A DNA stretch of 64,000 nucleotides from assembly GCF_009914755.1 (NCBI RefSeq), contig NC_060927.1. The stretch is one strand, 5' to 3'. Position numbers and translations under genes: made by a program. How positions within the stretch are numbered: the stretch's first letter is position 1; each line of letters begins with the position of its first letter. Below are positions 55,131-64,000 of this stretch, in pieces. Below the pieces are notes generated by a model that searched no databases, was not told the origin of the DNA, and saw only the letters and a list, made by a program, of their open reading frames with translations. This DNA is from the human T2T-CHM13v2.0 reference genome, Homo sapiens.

Positions 55131-55234
55131 TTTAGGGTACTGTTAACCTGATCTTCTGGGTCACACATTGTCCCTGACTTGAAGGAATACTGAAGTTAAA
55201 CAGAAGTGTATTTCTTTCTTTTTTGACATTTCTA

Positions 55235-55742
55235 AAATATTTATTCATTCATTTAAAAGTAACAGCAATAAGCCCACTACATGTAAAAATAAATACTTTT
55301 TTTAATAAAAATTATAGTTTCCAAACAAAAATTTAGTGAGAAGAGTTGAGCTGTTTTACATTTTTACAAATTTCGTTAAAGTCTAACTTAAGGAAAATGA
55401 TAGAAGATAGCTGTATTCTCTTATCTGCTTCTGTGCTCAGTCTGTTGTGATATGTTCTTTTGGTTAAAGAATATTTAGGAAGTCCAGCTCACTCGGATGA
55501 GTAGCTGGAAAGCAAGGAATGTGTTAATAGCTTTTTCAGATAATCGCGAATGTTCTGCTTTGATACTGCACCAGAATTTGACAAGTAGTAGTTTCTTTGT
55601 TCCAATGTGAAATCTGAAAACACTGATGAATTTTCCATACTTGATTACCTTAACATTTTGTATTTTAAATTTTATAACATTATTCATTGGTCATTTGGAA
55701 AATATTAGTTTACTAAGTTGTGTAGATCTTCCAGATGTTCTG
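55235..55742 (-). mobile_element. Charlie1-type hAT fragment
   Basis: aaatttagtgagaagag...ttttacatttttacaaat...tctgcttctgtgctcagtctgttgtgata; minus ORF has FWCSIKAEH.RLSEKA, resembling the hAT dimerisation region. Confidence 0.75.
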
Positions 55743-55910
55743 CAGAGACTCTCTACTGCTGAGAAAGGAGAATATCCAGATGATTTTTAGTATTAGGTTG
55801 TAAATGACATCACCACTGAGTGATGAGCCTTTATAGATGTGTAGAGATTTTTAACAGACAGAGCAAGCTTCCATCTTCTCTTTTTCACCCATATTGTATA
55901 TGACAAATCA

Positions 55911-55950
55911 TACACACACACACACACACACATTCACACCACACATACAC
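55911..55950 (+). repeat. (CA)n microsatellite
   Basis: Read directly from the sequence. Confidence 0.9.
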
Positions 55951-55983
55951 AAGCCCTTCATACTAGTGTAAGTCAGTGTGGAA

Positions 55984-56203
55984 TAGTAGTTTTCGATGGG
56001 TGTGGGTTGGTGATTTTGCCTCCCCTAAGGGGTTATGGAGACTTTTTTGGTTGTCACAACTGGGGTATTTGTGACTAGAGTATCATTTAGTGGATAGAAG
56101 CCAGGGATGCTGTTAAACATCTTATAATGCAAAGGACACTCTCACCGACCACAAAGAATTATCCAGCTCAAGATGTTAATAGTGGGGCTGCTGAGAAATT
56201 CTG
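55984..56203 (+). mobile_element. MER20 hAT MITE
   Basis: ttttggttgtcacaactgggg...gccagggatgctgttaaacatc...acaaagaattatccagc...gctgagaaattctg. Confidence 0.85.
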
Positions 56204-56209
56204 GTGTAG

Positions 56210-57035
56210 AGTTCCGAGGAAGAAGAGGAAAATATAAGAGAGATTATCTTGCCCCTACTCATCTATTCCTCAAAGAAAGGGGGTAGATGTGTCCTGGCAT
56301 CTGCCATTCCTAGTATTCCTTATGAAATGGTGGGGTTTCAGAACTAGAAGAAACCAGGGCTCTGTTTTACAGCTGACATTGAGAGTCACAACTCATAAAG
56401 ATATCCTGCCATACTGAAACATGGATGGGGAAGCAAGACCTATGGCCCCATGGTGAAGGCAGTGTGGTCATAAGAGTGGTCCAGGGTCATCCCCTGAGAT
56501 TCCCACTTTACTAGAGTAGCATGGAAGCAATCCAGAAATTCCTATGGCCCAAGTAGGCTGAGAGTGATGTTCATGTGTTTTCCAGTAACTAAATGCAGCA
56601 TGGAAGAGAATCTCATTAAAGGCTCCATCAGAGAGGTTGTACAAAGCCACCAGCTAAGCATGTGGGGCAGAGGGACCCATGTTTTCACGAGAAGCAGAGA
56701 CCCAGGGGTTCTCCTCTGCCATAAAAAGTCATACCAGAAACTCTTCTGCCAGGAGCAGCTCAGGGCAGAGTCGTGCTCGGTCCCAGCTGAAGTTTCCCAA
56801 GCTAGGTGAGCTTCTAGAGTATGTGGTCAGGAGTGAAGTGAAGCAAGTGAGAGGCTGGGATGGAATTTAAACAAGATAGTGTTTGTTTTAAATAACCCAG
56901 AGCTGGAGAGAGAGAAAACCTCAAATGGATTCAATGAAGATATCTGTATGAGGTGGGGAGGGGTGGAAAGGTCAGGAGCTTGGACTGAGTTAAAAAAAAA
57001 AAAGTCTTTTTCTGAACATCTAAATTTTATTGACT
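56210..57035. mobile_element. Possible ancient LTR (MamGypLTR-like)
   Basis: GC-elevated ~0.8 kb block with LTR-like texture; no diagnostic match recalled with confidence. Confidence 0.25.
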
Positions 57036-58578
57036 GATGTTATTGATATTTCAAATCTACACATTTAAAAATTAATATTGCTTATTCAGTTGCTACATTT
57101 CCTCATTGAAGGATTGACCTCAGCTCCCATTTTTTTTTAACAGGATTCAAAAATTATATATGAAAGCATTTACATTTAAATAGTGCTCATGCTAATTTTA
57201 GATACATATCCTAAATATCCATCACAATGAATTTAATGATTAAACCATTCTCTATTTTTTGACAATTGGCTGCAATATACATTTTTCACTAAAATTATTG
57301 TAATACTATAAAATCAGTGCTCAATTTAAATAAAAATATCAGAAAATGAGGAATCCACAAAAAACAATGTCACTAGGCCACATAAATTTAAAAGGGCTCT
57401 CATGGGTGCACAGTTCTAATAAAGAAAATAATATAGCTCTGTTTTATGGAGAACTGGTAAATAAGTTAAAATACTTTTATTTTCTAAAATCTATATAAGT
57501 AAACTTTTTTGTCCATAGTAACCATCTTAAAAGCTTATAAGAATACCATGGTATTATTTAGACAAATTCAGGGGGGCTATCTATTGGTGAAAAGAAGTTT
57601 ATTCTGTTCCCCAATTTATTACTTTTTAATTCTCCTTTTTAGGCAGTCCTCTGCTGAAATAAAATAACTTCCTGAATAAATACAAGTGGTCCTCTCAGTT
57701 GTCTCCTGATCTTCCTTGACAATAGAGGTTTCCAGCTGTCTTTTTGCTTCCTTTACTGGCTGCTGCTACATTTATCCCAGCTTCCAGAAGTTCCTTGCCT
57801 TTACTTCCCACTCTGCACACTAATAATGCCTTTCCCCATTACGATTTTTCAGTGATGCACCTCACTTTCAGACTCTTACTGTAGAGACAGTAGCAGCTGG
57901 GAGGAAGGAAGGTAAAGCACTTAGGAAATGTGGGAGAGAGACCAATGAATATGATTTCAAATTGAGATACTCACTGCAATCTCAAATGTACATTTGCCTC
58001 CCATCTCAGTTCTGCTCCTGAAAATGATAAATAATTGTTTAGCTTAGTTGCAGAAATTTCCTGGGTTTCAGTCTATGGCTTGAGCTAAGTATTTAGGGAT
58101 TTAGGCTGCTGCTCGTTGTTTTTCTTTAAACTATCCAGTGCCATGAGAAGCATCTGCTCACCCCGCAGTCCTTGGAACGCCTTGTTCCTGGCGTATTGTT
58201 ACATGGCAGTTTCTCAGTTTCTCAGTGCCTTCAATGGCCTCTTTGTTCCAGATTACTGTAGGTGAAATATGAATCGTAGATGTGCAGTTTCATGCTGGGT
58301 ATTGAGTTTCTCCTCCCAGAATGCTAGACAGATTTTTGTTTCTTTTCAGCTCTAAATAAGCAAGATGAGCAATTCCAGATTCCTTCTTATTTACCAAGAT
58401 TGTTTAAGGTTAAGCTACTCAGCGTACAACCCTGCACCCCCTGTGTATCATGGTAGCCACTCCAATGTCACCTCTGCAACCCACTCATGGTAACATATTT
58501 TTTTCTTGTTAATCAGAATTCTTTACTCTAAAAACACAAATAATCTCTGATGAATTTAAGCTGCCAAGCAATTTATTT

Positions 58579-58579
<1 letters not shown>

Positions 58580-58618
<39 letters not shown>
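58580..58618 (+). repeat. (CA)n microsatellite, ~19 perfect units
   Basis: Read directly from the sequence. Confidence 0.95.
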
Positions 58619-58620
<2 letters not shown>

Positions 58621-58639
58621 CTCACAAACATACCAGATA

Positions 58640-58960
58640 TAACAGTAAGGCTGGAGAACTAGGCTCAGAAAAGCTCAGAAAACTTAACTGGCTAGAAGCA
58701 GGGGCAAGGTCATCTAAGGAGAACACCCCTAGATGGAGGGCATGGCTGCCACCAGTGGTCACTGGATTCTGCCACTGGTTCTGCTGCCCCTAGACTGTGG
58801 AGTGAAGGCTGCTGCTGGCACCACCATGACTGCTTCCCCTAGGCAGCCAGAATTAATTCAAAATTGCTCTATTTCCTTGGCATGAGCATCTGATTGACCA
58901 AGCATAGCTTCCAGGAACCAGAGAGAGCAAATGTCTAATTTTTTTAGCTTTTTTATTGGA
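58640..58960 (-). mobile_element. Old MLT1-like LTR fragment
   Basis: gagcatctgattgaccaagc motif typical of antisense old MLT1. Confidence 0.35.
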
Positions 58961-59023
58961 AGATGGTTCCTAAATTCTACCAAATTAGTACATTGGTGGA
59001 TTTCCCTGAATACAAATAAGGGC

Positions 59024-59513
59024 TGTGAGCTGGAAGTATTCCAGTCCTTTTTCAGATCTAAACCTCCATTCTTTTGCACCCTGCTCTATGATCTGAGTTT
59101 TAGACTTGCACAGAATCCATCAAGCCATCCCCTTATTGACTGGTCTCAGCTGGGGTCAGCCAACAGAAAGCCCAGGTGGAAGATCAGCGGGTGAGAAGAG
59201 AAAGATCAGAGTATGTATCCTTTTGTTTCCCTCACTGCAGTGTCCCCAGGGGCTTGCTGCATCCCTTAAATGAGATGTTAGCTTCTGCAGGAGGTCCTTT
59301 CACCCCAGCTTTTGGGTCACTGGGATCCTCTAACTGTTCCCTCTCTTTACTCCCTCAAGTCTATGGGTGGTAATAGCATGAGATGCAGCACCATCCCTTG
59401 TGGTTTCTTTATACTCTACTCTCATTTTTGTAAATTGCCCCTTAATTAAATCCTCTTCAAATTATCCTAATTTGAATGTGCCATCTGTTTCTATCTGGGA
59501 CCCTGAATGATAC
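59024..59513 (+). mobile_element. LTR16C-like ERVL solo LTR
   Basis: 3' end ttaaatcctcttcaaattatcctaatttgaatgtgccatctgtttc...gggaccctgaatgataca. Confidence 0.7.
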
Positions 59514-62019
59514 AGACAGCTTCAAATATGGCAAATGTCCTCTGCAGAGACTTTTCTCCCCATGGCCTAGAGCAGAGCTGTGCCACGCTAAACACTGCAT
59601 ACTTCCTTTCCCTTTTCTCCACTGTGGTCCTTTTTGGCCTTTTGAAAGTAGTCACCCTTTAAGAAAAAGGTACTCTCATGATTATTTAACTGTAATAGGT
59701 GCAAGAAAGAACATAGAGAATACAGGTTTTCAAAGCAAAATGATGTAAAATAGAGAAAACAAAATAAAGCAAAACCAAACCAACCCAATATGTCATCTAG
59801 AAGAGAGAATATTTTTACTCTTTAACCTCTCAAGAAAGACACAAATTGAATCTGTCAAAGGATAAAGTATGTTATTACTTATACCATAGCACCTTCTACT
59901 TGGGTATGCATCTGGTCATTGGATGGTAGCAGGAGAGAAAAGAGTATTGGCCATCACCCTGTGTTGAGTATTAAATGAAATCGTGCATTGTAAACTGTTA
60001 AGTATGTGCTGTAGGCTATTATTTTGGAATGAGTTATATAACTCGTGAGCTTAACAGACTGATTGGAATCTATGTGTAAAATCAATGTAACTTTTTTCAT
60101 TTATTGACTTAGGAATATTTCCAAATATTTGGCTGTTAAAGAGAGAATATGATTTTTTTGTGCTGTAATGCTAGAACCTACTTTCAGTTTAGTAGTTGAA
60201 CTGACACCATCATTTTCCTATTCTGTATTTTACATTTTATTGTTACAATGGTCTAATGCATGATTCTTTACAAGTATAATTTAGTTTTTAACAAAGGCGA
60301 TCAAAAGTCTAGGCTGAAGGAATGTTTTCAAATAGAAGAATTTCTGACACTAGAACAAGGGGAGAGTTGTTATGACATATTTAGAGAAAGTAATTCTAGG
60401 GCACTTTCCATCACATTGTATATACAGTTCCCTGTTTTGACTAGGCATATATCCAAAGGTAGATTTCTCCATCTGGCATAACCGTACCCTTCCCAGCCTT
60501 ATGAAAAAAAAATGTTCCTTGTTGGAGCAGATGCAAGCAGTGTCCGTTCATGTCCTTTCTGTACACACATCTACACCCCGAAAGCTGCTTACTGTGAACA
60601 ACTGTGACTCCCTCCTTGAGGCCTTCAGTCTAACTGAGGGAACATGCTTTCCCTATGTACAAGGCAGGTTGAAAGGGCCAGAAAGTTAATCCTTCGATCA
60701 GTCATGGGGGGACAGTGCGCAAATAGCTCAGCTTTCTGATCCCTTGAATGGGATAATATCTCTCCTGAGTGCCCTAACAGGACTGAGCCCACTTGCTCAA
60801 ATTGGTCTCCCAGCTTTTACGGCCTCCTTCCCTTTTCTATCAGATTGTCCCACTCCTCTGGTGGTGCCTTCTGGATTATCTCTCGAAGTACCCACACTTA
60901 ATTCTTGTCTCAGTGGCTCTTTCTACGGGTGTCCAAAGACAATTGGTGCAAAAAATGGTTGCAGAGGCAAATCCTTAAACGTGATTCTGGAACTGGATTA
61001 GTCATCAGCCAGAGGGCAAGAAGGACCCTATTACAGGTAGTAAGTCGTGTTTATAACTTCTCACGTAAAGAAACTAAGACTTTCACCTGTGTTGCATTAA
61101 GAGTGTTTAGTGGGAGAAGAGGGTGCCTTAGTTCAGGCAAAACCTCTAGCCCTTGGGAAATATGGGGTAATGGTAATTATAAAGATTTGACATTGATTGG
61201 CAGATGATAACTGCAATAAAAGTCCTTTAGTATAAAAGTGACAGACTTAAAGCAGCCTCCCAACTTAGAGCTTGGTGTGATAGCCAGAAAAACACACGGC
61301 CACACTTACAAAGACCCTCTTCTCCAATAGTAGGAGGGAAAACTGCTGAGAGAAGCACAAAGTGAGTTGAATTCACAGCCCTGGTGAGGATACTACACTA
61401 ATGTCAGAGCCTTATGAGAGAAGATTGGTCACTGAAACTTGAAATGAAGACTTTCTGGGGGTATTTTAGTATTTTAGGAGGAACAGGATTATTTACCAAA
61501 AGTGGTACAGAATCTCTGTACAGTAGAAACTAGCAGAAGATGCTTGAAACTTAATGGTAATAATGCTAGCGGGATGGCGCAGAGTATAAAGCAGGGTAAG
61601 GGAGAATTTATTTATACGGGGCACTCTCCTGAGATTCAAGATTAAGGTGCTGGCAAAGATCCTTCAAGATGGTCCTAACATTCTGTTGGAATAGTTTCTT
61701 TGCACTTGGAAAAAATCACCCATGGTAAATAAGATAGATTTGCCAGAACCTTAAGTTTTACAGAAAGTATTAAGAGTCTTGGTCATACGTATTAGAAAGT
61801 CTTTACTATGTAATACTAGAGAATCAGCCAGCTGACTTTGTTCTTTTGTGGAGCTCAGTGGGCACTCCTTCCTGTAAAGAGGGAGGGGGCGTGATAGAGA
61901 AGGACACATCAGTATTGTTCAGAAATAGCGGTTATTTAATGACAGGGAATGTTGTTTTGGAACTGGGTTCCCTACTATCAATGAGAATGGTGGGAACCTA
62001 TAATTTTAGAGGCCATGTA

Positions 62020-62130
62020 AACATTCAAAATCTTTTCTTCTAGCTTTTTGAAAATGTGTACTAAATTTTGTTAACCATTTTCACCCTACAGTGCTACAGA
62101 CCACTAGAGCACATTCCTGTCATCTAGCTG
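62020..62130 (-). mobile_element. Short L1MA 3'UTR fragment
   Basis: aacattcaaaatcttttcttctagctttttgaaaat...ttgttaacc...tcaccctacagtgcta. Confidence 0.7.
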
Positions 62131-63063
62131 AACTTCCTATCAGTTATGAGAGATATGGATACAGCTATTGTAATAGGCATTAAGGTCAGACTGACAACAA
62201 GGATCTTCAGAAAATCAGAGCCTAGTGCTTTAGGGGTAGGAAGCATGAATTCCTAAGAATATAATTGAAAGTGATATAATGCCTTCAATAGAATATCATC
62301 CGTTAGTGACCAGTCAGTCTCTTGGTAGCAAGTTGATTGCATTCAACCTCCTATATACTCTGAAAAGACAATTCATCTCATTGGTATTGTAAAGTATTTA
62401 CAATAAGGGTAGTTTTTCTGCCTAAAATACTTCAACCACCACCAAAGTCCAGGGATTCACAGAATATTGGATTTGTTGTCTTGAGATTATATATGGGGTT
62501 GCCTTCACTTTCTGTTGAAAAATTTATGACAATAGGAACTTGACCATGGATTTACTAATCCCATCATGAACTGCACGCTTCGAAAGCTGCCAGCCAGACA
62601 GAATTTTGGAATTGCTTCGTAGAGGCAGAGTTAGGGTTCTGACTTGGGCATGAGAACTCTGAGAATCTAGAACACTGTGCTTCAAAACAGGTAGAAAGCA
62701 CAGGGCCAGAAACCAAGGGGTGAAGATAGGAGTGATGTATTTCACTTCCAGTTACTCTTTTGAGAATTTGTGCTTCCCATCCCTGCAACTCTAGGCTCTG
62801 CTGAACTAGATGTCCTGGTTCCAGGGATGCAGGAGGTAGGCTTATATCAAGGAGCATAGAATAATTTCCACTAACCCTAGATCTGTTACTGCCACCTGGT
62901 AATTTTAGTCTCCTAATACTAGTATACAGGCAAAGAAGAACATTACTAGACTGAGTAACTGTCGCTTATTAGCATTAGGAGATAGGGTTATTTTTATGTA
63001 ATAGGTTTAGGAAAGCGTACGTCAGGAACTCAGAAAATTTATGAGCACACTTCTTTAGGTGTC

Positions 63064-63495
63064 TGTAGTAGTCCATTCTCACATTGCTATAAAGAAATAC
63101 CTAAGAGTGGGTAATTTATAAAGGAAAGAGGTTTAACTGATCCACAGTTTTGCAGGCTGTACAGGAAGAATGATGCTGTCATATGTTTGGCTTCTGGGGA
63201 GGCCTCAAGAAACTCACAACCATGGTGGAAGGTGAAGAAAAACAGGCATGTCACATGGCCGGAGCAGGAACAAAAGAGTGTTGGGGGAGGCGCTACACAT
63301 TTTTAAATGATCGGGTCTCAGGAGGACTCACTCACTATCATGAGGACAGTACCAAGCCGGGGTTGGTGCTAAACCATTTATGAGAAATCTGCTGCTAGGA
63401 TCCAATCACCTTCCTTCCCCCCAGGCCCACCTCCAATATTGGGGATTATATTTTAATATGAAATTTGGACATGAACATACATGCAAACTACATCA
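63064..63495 (-). mobile_element. MSTA-type solo LTR
   Basis: tgtagtagtccattctcacattgctataaagaaatacc...caaactacatca; TSD GTGTC/GTGAC. Confidence 0.88.
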
Positions 63496-64000
63496 GTGAC
63501 CATACCGAGTGATAAGTGTTTTAGGAACTATAGCCCCAGAAATGAAGGTATGAGTTGCCCCATGAACAAAAAGCAGCAAGAGTGAGTGGAACTCAGAGTG
63601 AAAGGCAGAAGGAAGTAATGAATATCAACTACAACATTACTAACAGTACAGTACAGTAATTAGTAACCCCAGCTATGGAACTATAACTTTTCTTCTAAGT
63701 CTTCTACTGTACACTTCTTTATTAGAAACTGGGACATGCTACCATATTGAAAAATCAGAGTCAGGAATAGAGGGTATTTAGAGAGTATTTAACTTGAGTC
63801 ATGAGTCACTTGACTAATATAAATGGTGGATTCTAGCACATGCTGTTGGTGCCGTGCCCGTATGTGCTTAATACTAACATCCTCCCCTGGAGGCTGCTTA
63901 CCATGATCAGCTGTGACCCTCTGCCTGACATGTTTTTTATTCTCCCATGGTAGCATGGCAATCCAGTGTGCAAAGGAAGGTAATTAAAGCTAGAGAGTAA

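Larger units (their letters stand above)
60523..64000 (+). mobile_element. Ancient ERVL element: LTR16-type 5' LTR (60523-60941), deleted internal region (ERV3-16A3_I-like), 3' LTR from ~63832 to the window end
   Basis: The LTR starts align (tggagcagatgc..gctgcttactgtgaacaactgtgactc vs tctagcacatgc..gctgcttaccatgatcagctgtgaccc); degenerate PBS tggtgcaaaaaatgg; dUTPase-like relic at ~62810-63050. Confidence 0.65.

Overview
Primate (human-like) genomic DNA. It is AT-rich, CpG-depleted and has no CpG island. No credible protein-coding exon, RNA gene or prokaryotic system (operon, CRISPR) is visible, and the supplied ORFs are repeat-derived or chance ORFs. Well over half the window is fossil transposable elements, several unusually complete: a near full-length Tigger2 (3.5-6.5 kb), a five-layer nest of MLT1 > L1MA > Alu > two-LTR MER61-type provirus > AluY/AluS (12.2-20.9 kb), a complete MSTB element holding a THE1 solo LTR (40.6-43.4 kb), a MER4B-type solo LTR, a near full-length HSMAR1 mariner (53.9-55.1 kb) and a very old two-LTR LTR16/ERVL element (60.5 kb to the window end). 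The less expected signals are three: (i) a ~150-codon, frameshift-free, acidic reading-frame relic at 23.45-23.92 kb that resembles a piggyBac-like transposase N-terminus; (ii) a ~0.7 kb poly(A)-tailed insertion at 36.0-36.8 kb that looks like a 3'UTR-only mRNA retrocopy; (iii) two tandem gag-N-terminus relics near the 3' end of the MER61-type provirus, which is primed by tRNA-Lys. All family names come from recalled consensus sequences, not a database search. I found no evidence for a new functional biological system.
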